A program made the translations under genes and the position numbers. DNA of 25,766 nucleotides from Candidatus Thorarchaeota archaeon (GTDB lineage: Archaea > Asgardarchaeota > Thorarchaeia > Thorarchaeales > Thorarchaeaceae), in contig JAEOTX010000045.1 in the NCBI GenBank assembly GCA_016839605.1, forward strand, positions 1 through 25,766, in the 5' to 3' direction. Below the pieces are notes generated by a model. It did not search any database, was not told the DNA's origin, and saw only the letters and a program-made list of their open reading frames with translations. Within the stretch, counting starts at the first letter, position 1. Every line of letters starts with the position of its first letter. Positions 8,455-16,796 of this stretch are shown here, piece after piece.

Positions 8455-10245
8455 CTAGACATCTATTTTCAGCTTTTTGATACGGTCTTTGGAAGGCTTG
8501 CCCTCTTTGTCCCATCCTCTGAGAGAATAATACTCTGCTAGCATTGTATCAAGCTCAACCACTCGTTCTCTTGAGTTGCCCTCTGGAAGTGGACTGAAGA
8601 ACCTAGGTGGCAATTGATCATCTTTGGCCGTTAAGCCTTCACGGTTGTTGAAAATGCGCTCTAGATTATAGATACGTTCACCTATTTCCAATAGTTCACG
8701 ACCATTTATTGAAAGACCGGTTCCTGCGGAAAGGAATTCTGCATAGTCATCAACAGTCCAGGCAAAGTTTGTGAAACGACAAAGAATCATCGCATCCATA
8801 ACAGCAGAAAGGTTTTGATAGAGAATGACTAGGTCAGCTTTCCCTTTTGGATTATCTCGATCCACCCTGACTGGAGACCCAAGAATCTCGGGACCGATGA
8901 GATAGGATCTTAGGTGACAGCCACCTCTATTAGACGTAGAATACCCTAGGGCGTGACCTTGAGCTCCTCGGGGGTCATAGGCAGGGATTTCCAGACCCTT
9001 TACATGCATCGCCAACTCTGGAGCACCATTCTTTTCTGCGAAAGTCCGACTTCCCTCTCCCAATTCACCACCAAGATCGCGGGCATGTGCCATGTCCCGA
9101 ATCAAGTCAAGAAGTCCCTCTGTGCTACCAAACTTCATTGGCGCTTCTATCTTACCCTTCTGGTAGAGTTCCATCGCGCACCCTATAGTGCTACCCACAG
9201 AGATAGTGTCTAGCCCTAGTAGGTTACACTCATGATTTGCTAGCGTAATCCATTCTAGGTCGTTTATGCCACATTGTGGTCCAAATGCCCAAATGGTTTC
9301 ATATTCAGGACCTCCAATCTCTTGGTCGCCCACACGACTTACGCGGCCACAGCCAATGGGGCAGCCATAACAGTTGTATCTTCCAACTAGCAGCCTCTCA
9401 ATGAGTTTCTCTCCGGATACACCCACTGCATCATTGAATGTCCCCTCCTGGAAATTGTGTGTGGGCAGCATACCGAATTCGTTCGTCACATTGACTAGGA
9501 CCGATGTTCCATAGATAGGAAGCGACTTGTTTGTCACTGCGTTCTTCTTGATGAGTCGTCTAGCCCGCTTTACAGCCTCGGTCAGACGATCTTTATCATC
9601 TACTCCGACGCTACCAGTACCTTTAGCAACCACGGCCTTCAGGTTCTTTGAACCCATGACTGCACCGACCCCGCCACGACCTGCAGCTCTATGCTTGTCC
9701 GTCATGATGGCGGCTAGCTTGACTTTGTTTTCCCCTGCAGGTCCAATGCAGGCCACCTGTGCCTTAGGATCAGTTTCTTCTAGAAGCCTGTCGGTGGTTT
9801 CATACACATCTTTGCCCCATACCTTGGAGGCATCACGGAGTTCGACCTTATCATCATTAATCCAGAGATAGACAGGAGTGGGTGCACTTCCTTCGAAGAT
9901 TATTGCAGCATAACCTGCACGACGCAGCTGTGCACCTATGTAACCACCAACATTCGAGTCAAATATAGTGCCCGTGAGAGGGGACTTGGTGACGACCGCC
10001 AGTCTGCCTGCAGTAGGAACAGGCATTGCTGTGAGGGGTCCGATAGCAAATACAAGGAGGTTTTCAGGAGATAGCGCGTCAACTCCAGGGGAAAGAGCAT
10101 CATAGAGAATCTTCACACCCAGACCCCTACCTCCAAGGTATTTCCTGTACAGGTCTTCAGGAATGGATTCAGTGGTGATCATTTGGTCTGTTAGGGACAC
10201 TCGAAGAATCTTGGATTCAATATATGGCAATGGTGAGTCAGACAT
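8455..10245 (-). CDS. aor: Tungsten-dependent aldehyde:ferredoxin oxidoreductase family
   Basis: KSPLTG, AAGRGGVGAVMGSKNLKA, CYGCPIGC, GPEYET, GLDTIS, RGGCH and LCRF motifs; GGAGG SD. Confidence 0.93.
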   Translation of the reverse strand: MSDSPLPYIESKILRVSLTDQMITTESIPEDLYRKYLGGRGLGVKILYDALSPGVDALSPENLLVFAIGPLTAMPVPTAGRLAVVTKSPLTGTIFDSNVGGYIGAQLRRAGYAAIIFEGSAPTPVYLWINDDKVELRDASKVWGKDVYETTDRLLEETDPKAQVACIGPAGENKVKLAAIMTDKHRAAGRGGVGAVMGSKNLKAVVAKGTGSVGVDDKDRLTEAVKRARRLIKKNAVTNKSLPIYGTSVLVNVTNEFGMLPTHNFQEGTFNDAVGVSGEKLIERLLVGRYNCYGCPIGCGRVSRVGDQEIGGPEYETIWAFGPQCGINDLEWITLANHECNLLGLDTISVGSTIGCAMELYQKGKIEAPMKFGSTEGLLDLIRDMAHARDLGGELGEGSRTFAEKNGAPELAMHVKGLEIPAYDPRGAQGHALGYSTSNRGGCHLRSYLIGPEILGSPVRVDRDNPKGKADLVILYQNLSAVMDAMILCRFTNFAWTVDDYAEFLSAGTGLSINGRELLEIGERIYNLERIFNNREGLTAKDDQLPPRFFSPLPEGNSRERVVELDTMLAEYYSLRGWDKEGKPSKDRIKKLKIDV

Positions 10246-10257
10246 TATTCGTTCCTC

Positions 10258-11079
10258 CTAGTCATTGAACACATTCTCCGATCTATCTGGACAGACAAGG
10301 CAGCGCTCTTTGTACCAGACATAGACTTCCTTTGGTTGTTTAGCAAGGTTGGCCTGACGGCTTGGACAGTCCCAACATGGTCTGTCTTCTTGCATCCAGC
10401 TGTCACTATATTGAGCCCAGCGGAAGTCTTCAACAATAGCAACACCTGCACTAGTTCCTAGTCTGTCAGCACCTGCATCAATCATCTTGATCGCATCTTT
10501 GAAGTTACGAATCCCACCTGCAGCCTTTACACCCATATCTTTGCCTACCGTTTCTCTCATCAACCGAACATCGTAGGGAGTCGCTCCCATGGGACCAAAA
10601 CCTGTAGAAGTCTTAACGAAGTCAGCTCCAACCTCCTTCGATAGAAGGCAACCTTTCTTTTTCTGGTCATCAGTCAGAAGGCCAGTTTCCAGAATCACCT
10701 TGGTATGCGCATCACCGGATGCAGACACAACTGCTTCAATGTCACTACGGACAAGCTCGAAGTTCTCATCTCGCAGCGCGCCTACATTCACGACCATGTC
10801 TACCTCATGGGCTCCACCACGCACTGATTCTTTGGTTTCATAGGCTTTAGTCGCAGAGGTGTTGGCACCGAGTGGAAATCCAACCACACAGCACACTTTC
10901 ACATCAGAGTCCTTCAGAAGCTCCGCAGCGTAGGCAACATGGACAGGGTTGATACAGACAGCTGCGAAATTGTAAGTGAGAGCCTCTTCACAGAGCTGCA
11001 GGATCTTGCTCCTTTTTGTTTCGGCCTTTAGAACAGTATGGTCGATGGTCTTTGCTAGCGCCTCAGCAGTTAGGTCCAT
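10258..11079 (-). CDS. deoC: Deoxyribose-phosphate aldolase with a Cys-rich C-terminal extension
   Basis: IDHTVLK, VVGFPLGA, EVDMV, KVILETG, FVKTSTGF, VKAAGGIR and RLGTS motifs. Likely start ATG 11079 after a GGTGG SD. Confidence 0.95.
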   Translation of the reverse strand: MDLTAEALAKTIDHTVLKAETKRSKILQLCEEALTYNFAAVCINPVHVAYAAELLKDSDVKVCCVVGFPLGANTSATKAYETKESVRGGAHEVDMVVNVGALRDENFELVRSDIEAVVSASGDAHTKVILETGLLTDDQKKKGCLLSKEVGADFVKTSTGFGPMGATPYDVRLMRETVGKDMGVKAAGGIRNFKDAIKMIDAGADRLGTSAGVAIVEDFRWAQYSDSWMQEDRPCWDCPSRQANLAKQPKEVYVWYKERCLVCPDRSENVFND

Positions 11080-11143
11080 AATAATGCCACCAGACGCGGA
11101 ATGCACTGTCGAGGGCTATTAACCCTTCCATAGAATAGGATGG

Positions 11144-11482
11144 TTAGCGTGCCCCAAGATATGATTTGATGTCGTCAAGAACTTCTTTCTGTAAACGAAT
11201 GACGTCGTGGACTTCAATCTCCTCGGCCTCTTTCACAACCGAGTTCAACTGCACTACAGTGCCAACCGTTTCGACCTTGGCAAAATCGACTGGGAACTCC
11301 ACTTCAGCGCCCTTTACAATCAGTTCTGAGCGAGTTGGATGTATTGCGATTCTGATGCTGCGAACAATCCCAATCCTGCGTGCCCTACTGTCTAAGACTT
11401 CCTTACCCAACAGCCTACCAGGCATGCTCAGTTCATATAACTCAGCTTCGATAGTTGGGTTTGGCTCACTACTTGTCATCAC
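11144..11482 (-). CDS. PRC-barrel domain protein (possibly CdpB-like)
   Basis: LLGKEVLDSRARRIGIVRSIRI...PVDFAKVETVGTVVQL is the PRC-barrel signature, followed by a C-terminal helix; GTAGGAG SD. Confidence 0.8.
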   Translation of the reverse strand: MMTSSEPNPTIEAELYELSMPGRLLGKEVLDSRARRIGIVRSIRIAIHPTRSELIVKGAEVEFPVDFAKVETVGTVVQLNSVVKEAEEIEVHDVIRLQKEVLDDIKSYLGAR

Positions 11483-11509
11483 GTCTGGCTCCTACTCTTC
11501 CTCAGGTTG

Positions 11510-11538
11510 TAGGAGTCTTTTTAGACCGAGTATTATCA
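11510..11538. repeat. 29-bp motif, copy 1
   Basis: TAGGAGTCTTTTTAGACCGAGTATTATCA; 25/29 identical to copy 3 and 23/29 to copy 2. Confidence 0.85.
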
Positions 11539-11572
11539 AGAGGCGGTCATTTTACCAAACCGTAAAATCCTG

Positions 11573-11601
11573 TAGGAGGATTTTTACAGTGAGTATTGTC
11601 A
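11573..11601. repeat. 29-bp motif, copy 2
   Basis: TAGGAGGATTTTTACAGTGAGTATTGTCA; 63 bp from copy 1 and 24/29 identical to copy 3. Confidence 0.85.
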
Positions 11602-11684
11602 GCCAAGTGTTGCTTCATCCATCATACAATACTATTCAATGCAAACATCAGCACTGTTCGAGTGTCGAATAAACATCTGCTTTC

Positions 11685-12965
11685 TCAAATGAACAACACG
11701 AAGAGCACGATATAGATTGAGCAGAGTGCAATCTGAATGATGTTCACCAGTATCGCAATGATGAGGAATTTGCGCCATGACATTTTTGAATCTTTAAAGT
11801 TAACCATCGATAAAACTATCAATGGCACTGAACCAAACGGTGCTGCTACGCCACCTAGAGCGGCCCCAAATCCTACCCCCCAGAATAATGGATCACGTAT
11901 ACCGATAGGCCAACCCATGACCGTGGCCACATCGATGGCAAGGGGTGCAAAGACCGTGGCTATGGGTGGACCACCAATAATGAAGGTTCCAGCCCAAGCT
12001 CCCAAGAGTAACATCAAAGATGCAGGAATTAGTTGTCCGCCGCTTGCTGAAATAATGACGTCTGAAATAACGGTCAGAATTCCGACAAGTTCCAATGCTC
12101 CTGACAGAATGAAGAGCCCACCGATGAAAAAGATGATGTCCCATTCTATATCGCGAAGACTTGTCCGGGGTTCAGAGTGACTGACCGTCATGAAGACAGT
12201 CATCCCCCCAATAGCGACAACATACGGTTGAGGAAATAGGACAAAGGCAGCAATTAGCAGAACAAAGAGTCCTGCGTATACCCAAAACAGTCGTCGATTT
12301 GGCACCATCATCCAGGGGTCCAAATCCATCAAACGATCATATGCCTTTGGATCGACAGCAGTCAGTTGACTACGAATCATGTAGTAAACAGCGACTAGTG
12401 ATACTGCAATCACTAGTAGTGCAAATATCCCAAAACGTGTCATGTAATAATCGAATCCGAATCCTGCGTAATCGGCAATGATGATATTTGGTGTAGTGCC
12501 AATCAAAGTGAACGCACCACCAGCACCAACTGCTAACAGTTCTCCGAGGAAGAATCCATGCGGCTTAATCTCGAGTGCATAGCACGTTAGAATCACTAGA
12601 TATCCCATAATCAATATTACAACAGAATTCAGCAACACCGTCGATAAAAGAGCAGTCAGTAAAAAGAAGATTACAAATAGCTTCTTTGGATTTCCTCGTG
12701 TCAACCGGACAAAATATACTGCAAGAAACTGAAAGACGCCTGCCCCACGCATCACCTCAGCAACTACTGTCATTCCGGTAATAACAAGAATCGGCTCTAA
12801 ACGTATCATTGCTAAGATTTCTTGATCTGAAAACCCATTCATGATAAGAGCAATTGATGCTAATACTGCCCCAAATAATGCGGCTGATGTATGATGAATC
12901 ACCCGTGCTGCAATCAACAACACGGTAAGGAGGAAGATTATCAGAATCAGCAGCCATAGCTCCAC
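11685..12965 (-). CDS. ArsB/NhaD/SLC13 (P-protein-like) ion-transporter superfamily permease
   Basis: About 11-12 TM segments, GGAFTLIGTTPNIII, IEWDIIFFIGGLFI and ALGG motifs. Confidence 0.85.
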   Translation of the reverse strand: MELWLLILIIFLLTVLLIAARVIHHTSAALFGAVLASIALIMNGFSDQEILAMIRLEPILVITGMTVVAEVMRGAGVFQFLAVYFVRLTRGNPKKLFVIFFLLTALLSTVLLNSVVILIMGYLVILTCYALEIKPHGFFLGELLAVGAGGAFTLIGTTPNIIIADYAGFGFDYYMTRFGIFALLVIAVSLVAVYYMIRSQLTAVDPKAYDRLMDLDPWMMVPNRRLFWVYAGLFVLLIAAFVLFPQPYVVAIGGMTVFMTVSHSEPRTSLRDIEWDIIFFIGGLFILSGALELVGILTVISDVIISASGGQLIPASLMLLLGAWAGTFIIGGPPIATVFAPLAIDVATVMGWPIGIRDPLFWGVGFGAALGGVAAPFGSVPLIVLSMVNFKDSKMSWRKFLIIAILVNIIQIALCSIYIVLFVLFI

Positions 12966-13093
12966 TTTGGTTCACATACATCAAATTGCTTGGCTCTACG
13001 AACAGGCTTTGAGCTATTCAAATTTGTCTTCTTGATGTTTGTATTCATAGTAGACTAACTTTCTCTGCGAGTATATCGATGGGCAGAAAACCA

Positions 13094-13122
13094 TAGGAGT
13101 CTTTTTACATTGAGTATTAACA
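13094..13122. repeat. 29-bp motif, copy 3
   Basis: TAGGAGTCTTTTTACATTGAGTATTAACA in the permease/hef divergent intergenic region. Confidence 0.85.
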
Positions 13123-13155
13123 CTGTAAGTTAGAAACAACCTATTCTATGGAGCT

Positions 13156-15474
13156 TTGGTGTTGGCTAAGAACGAGACCTACGTGAATGAACCAATGATA
13201 CGCAAAGATAGTGTTGATTATCGAGCGTATCAGGTTAATCTTGCTGAGGTCGCTGTCAGAGAAAGTACGATGGTAGTTCTTAGCACAGGCTTGGGAAAGA
13301 CTGTGATTGCAGCGTTAGTGGCTGCAGTGCGTCTGACTCAAAATCCAGACTCAAAGGTCCTGTTTCTGGCACCTTCTCGACCTCTTGTGGATCAACAGGC
13401 TCGGTATCTAAGGATGGTTCTGGATATCGATGCTGAACATGTAGTATGCATGACTGGGCATGACACCCCTGAGAACAGGCGCTCAATGTGGAGCGAGGCT
13501 AGAGTCTTCGTAATGACTCCGCAGGCTCTGCAGAATGATCTGGTACAGAGGAGCTATGGGCTCCAAGAGGTCTCTCTGATTGTATACGATGAGGCCCATA
13601 GGGGTGTGGGTAACTACGCATACACCTTCGTTGCAGAGCTATATGAGAAACAAGGAACGGACCAGCTGTCCCTTGGTCTCACTGCATCTCCAGGCCACAA
13701 GGCAGACCATATCAAGACAGTCTGTCAAAACCTCCGTCTTACTCGTGTTGAGGTCCGCACTGAGAAGAGCCCAGATGTACGTGATTACGTCGTATCGATA
13801 GATACTGATGTAAGATATGTAAGACTGCCTTCCGAGGTTGAGGTCCTAAAAGACATACTCTATGGTCTTCTCGAGGAATACAAGAAACCAATTCTGGAGC
13901 ATGGCTTCTCGTTACCCAGCAGCCGCCGATTGAGTAGAAGAGAGATTCTTAGAGTCCAGAAAGAGGTAAGGAAAGAGATCGGGTCTTATACCAAACCTCC
14001 TCGTAGCCTATTCTTAGTCATCAGGAATCTGACTGCAGCTCTCAGGCTCGTTCATCTCATTGAGTTCATTGGCACCCAGGGTCTCACACCGACTTATCGC
14101 TATATCCAAGGTATCTACGAAGAAGTCCGCCACAAGAAGAGCTCTAAAGGTGTCAAGGACCTGATATCAAAAGCAGAGTTTCGGCAGTTTGAGAATCTCC
14201 TGAAAGCCCTCATTGACAAGGGGCATCGACATCCCAAGGCAGATGCGATTCTCGAACTAGTGAACGAGCAGCTTTCAGCTAATCTGGATTCGCGTATTCT
14301 TGTGTTCACCAGGTTCCGAGACACTGCAATAGAGGTCGTGGAAACCCTAGAACAGCTGAGAGATGCAAGAGTTAGTCGATTTGTGGGACAGAGCTCCAGA
14401 CGTACGGACAAGGGGTTCAGCCAAAAGAAACAGGTCGAGGTTCTTGAGGGATTCCGCAATAATGAATTCAATGTCTTGGTGGCCACTCAGGTTGGGGAGG
14501 AAGGGCTTGATATTCCAGAATGCAACTTGGTTGTGTTCTATGACTGCGTACCATCGGTGGTTCCTTACATCCAACGTAGAGGAAGAACAGGAAGAAAGAC
14601 ACCTGGGCGTGTCGTAATCTTCGTAGCCAGAGGGACACACGATGAGTTCTATCACTGGAGTGTGATTAGTAAATTGAAGAAGATGCCAGATGCTCTAAAG
14701 GAAGCCGAAAAGGACTCTGATGAAGAGCAGACTAGCCTAGAGGACTTTGTGAGTGAAGATGTGTCTGCGGACTCTTTCAAAGAGAGACCAAGACCGACAG
14801 GGGCTCCAAGTCCTTCCGATGACACGATCAGGATGATTGTTGATTCGAGAGAATTACCAACTGCTGTAGCCAGGGAACTTACTCGGCTAGATGTGGAGAT
14901 CTCAGGGGAGAGTCTGCAAATTGGAGACTACATAGTATCCGAGGATGTGGCAATAGAGAGAAAGGAATCGGGAGACTTCATTCAATCACTCATAGATGGT
15001 AGGCTCTTCGTGCAGCTCACAGCGCTACGCACGTCGTATCGGAGACCGGTCCTCATAATCGAAGGGGAGCAACTGATAGGACTACGCGCGGTGAACCCCG
15101 CTTCCATTTACGGTGCATTGGCATCAATTGCTATCCGGATACAAGTCCCCATCCTATGGACTCGAAATGCAGAAGAAACAGCAAATGTCCTCTATCGTTT
15201 AGCTCACTTAGAACAAGTGGGGGCAAAGAAGACGTTACGGACTAGGTCAGGGGATGCTAGAGGTACTGATGCAGAGGCACTGGAATATGTTCTGTCTGGA
15301 TTCCCCGGTGTAGACACTGTGATATCTAGGGCAATCCTGTCCGAGTTCGGGACTCTGGAGGAGGTCTTCTCAGCCAGCGAAAAAGATCTTCAGAGCGTAA
15401 AAGGAGTAGGAAAGAAGATTGCTGGTAGAATCAGACGGCTTCTGACAACAAGATATCCCTCCCACAAAGAGTAG
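13156..15474 (+). CDS. hef: Hef helicase/nuclease (FANCM/XPF-ERCC4 family)
   Basis: STGLGKT, DEAH, TASP and QRRGRTGR motifs; ERCC4 domain VDSRE...GDY...ERKESGDF; tandem HhH. Start is TTG/GTG at 13156-13162 after GGAG. Confidence 0.95.
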   Translation: MVLAKNETYVNEPMIRKDSVDYRAYQVNLAEVAVRESTMVVLSTGLGKTVIAALVAAVRLTQNPDSKVLFLAPSRPLVDQQARYLRMVLDIDAEHVVCMTGHDTPENRRSMWSEARVFVMTPQALQNDLVQRSYGLQEVSLIVYDEAHRGVGNYAYTFVAELYEKQGTDQLSLGLTASPGHKADHIKTVCQNLRLTRVEVRTEKSPDVRDYVVSIDTDVRYVRLPSEVEVLKDILYGLLEEYKKPILEHGFSLPSSRRLSRREILRVQKEVRKEIGSYTKPPRSLFLVIRNLTAALRLVHLIEFIGTQGLTPTYRYIQGIYEEVRHKKSSKGVKDLISKAEFRQFENLLKALIDKGHRHPKADAILELVNEQLSANLDSRILVFTRFRDTAIEVVETLEQLRDARVSRFVGQSSRRTDKGFSQKKQVEVLEGFRNNEFNVLVATQVGEEGLDIPECNLVVFYDCVPSVVPYIQRRGRTGRKTPGRVVIFVARGTHDEFYHWSVISKLKKMPDALKEAEKDSDEEQTSLEDFVSEDVSADSFKERPRPTGAPSPSDDTIRMIVDSRELPTAVARELTRLDVEISGESLQIGDYIVSEDVAIERKESGDFIQSLIDGRLFVQLTALRTSYRRPVLIIEGEQLIGLRAVNPASIYGALASIAIRIQVPILWTRNAEETANVLYRLAHLEQVGAKKTLRTRSGDARGTDAEALEYVLSGFPGVDTVISRAILSEFGTLEEVFSASEKDLQSVKGVGKKIAGRIRRLLTTRYPSHKE

Positions 15475-15485
15475 GAGGAGGAATC

Positions 15486-16205
15486 TCAGTAGACATCAGG
15501 GTTCTTACTGAGCCCTTCCTTGTATGCTTTTCGGAATCTGTCTGTGAGTTCCTTGCTCAGCTTCTGATAGCGTTCAAAATCTGAATCACTTAGTTTGGCA
15601 AGGCAGAGGATTCTCCTGAGAGCGAGGTAGACTCCGGGATCCATCGCAGAAGCAGCATCCAAGATCTCCTTCACTTCCACCCTTGCTTTCTTCCAAAGGC
15701 GGTCGCGTTCAACGAAGTCCTCGGCTATCTCCTGAATCTCATTCTCATCCTTGAAAATGAACCCTAGGCCACGCATAGTGCCAACTAGGTCGAGTGTCAT
15801 GTCAATTCCATTAACGGTTCTCTCAGGGAGAACATCCATGTCACTTGTTGCGATAAAGACGTTCTCAGCTGCTGCAACCCATAGTTTTGTCATAATATGA
15901 GAGTCGCCATTTCCAGTAGGCGCAACCCCATCCTGGATGATAAGCCCAGCCCGCTCCAGCTCCTTCAAGTGATAGCGGACGGTCTGGGGTTTCAATTCTT
16001 TGCTTGGATCAACATCATCTAAGAATTCGCAAATCTCGGATGTTGACATACGCTTGGACCTGAGAGCATGGAGGATTCGCCGGCGATTCTCGTCGTTTAG
16101 AGCACGGACTACTGCTGCAGTCTCTTCTTCACCAGCTACAATCCTAAGCGTTTCCATCTCTTCAGACTCCATCAATGGATAGTTCATTCTTGTTCCATGG
16201 CCCAA
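15486..16205 (-). CDS. ArsR-like winged-helix transcription regulator with C-terminal helical domain
   Basis: ALNDENRRRILHAL...PQTVRYHLKELERAGLI. The real start may be 16187 or 16172. Confidence 0.8.
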   Translation of the reverse strand: MGHGTRMNYPLMESEEMETLRIVAGEEETAAVVRALNDENRRRILHALRSKRMSTSEICEFLDDVDPSKELKPQTVRYHLKELERAGLIIQDGVAPTGNGDSHIMTKLWVAAAENVFIATSDMDVLPERTVNGIDMTLDLVGTMRGLGFIFKDENEIQEIAEDFVERDRLWKKARVEVKEILDAASAMDPGVYLALRRILCLAKLSDSDFERYQKLSKELTDRFRKAYKEGLSKNPDVY

Positions 16206-16329
16206 TGATAGGATATCTCACCTATCGATTTGTTGTTCAATCCGCAAAATCCCTCTAAGAGGCGACTTGCAGACGTCTTAGTTCAAGGTCACCCGTCGAG
16301 ATACATCTTCTCCAGTGAGAAGACATATC

Positions 16330-16572
16330 CTATGCGGGGACGTAAATCCACTGACGCATGTCCTGCAGACATGGTACTCTCTTGATTAGTTGCTTCTTGA
16401 GGAGCTTTCTAAGTGCGTATCTGACAGTTCTGGGTGCAAAAGACACCTTGTCCAGGAGTTGCTTCGGCGTAACACCGTTTCTCCCACTGCTTCGGAGAAT
16501 GTCCAATACGATCATCTGACTCTTTGTGAGCTTCAGTTCCTTAAGCTCCTCTCTTAGTTGTTCATCTGACAT
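16330..16572 (-). CDS. Small MarR-like winged-helix DNA-binding protein (RTVRYAL...DxRQ family)
   Basis: LTKSQMIVLDIL...PRTVRYALRKL...DMRQWIY. Likely start ATG 16572 after an AGGTGA SD (track start 16644). Confidence 0.8.
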   Translation of the reverse strand: MSDEQLREELKELKLTKSQMIVLDILRSSGRNGVTPKQLLDKVSFAPRTVRYALRKLLKKQLIKRVPCLQDMRQWIYVPA

Positions 16573-16796
16573 CAATTCGATATCACCTACTTCCGTTCGT
16601 TTGGTTGAAGCCAACAGAGTTCTCAATCTTGCTTCAATCAACACCTAATTATTTGTACAATAAACTATATTAATGTATCGCAGCCTTGGGTTGTATGTCG
16701 CGGTCTATCACCGCGTTAAGGTGTTCCGCGCGGTACACTCCTAGAACATCCGACAAACTCTATAACGAGGTATACTAACTGAAACCTCGAACCTCC

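Noticed and set aside
8213-8515. 100-aa ORF with ATG at 8380 as a frameshifted N-terminus of the PUA/PAPS-like gene
   Set aside because: Its translation has no family motifs. The Zn-ribbon sequence is already in frame with the main ORF, so a CTG start is the simpler explanation.
11508-11601. CRISPR-like geometry (29-31 bp repeat with a 32-34 bp spacer)
   Set aside because: Only two adjacent units with 6 mismatches, a third copy 1.5 kb away, no cas genes and no typical repeat end.
11166-11672. 168-aa plus-strand ORF spanning the repeats
   Set aside because: Antisense to the PRC gene, Ser/Thr-rich shadow composition and no motifs.
11510-13122. Xer/dif-type sites or IS ends flanking the permease
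   Set aside because: The motif lacks the 11-6-11 inverted symmetry of dif, and no recombinase or transposase is present. Kept only as an alternative hypothesis.
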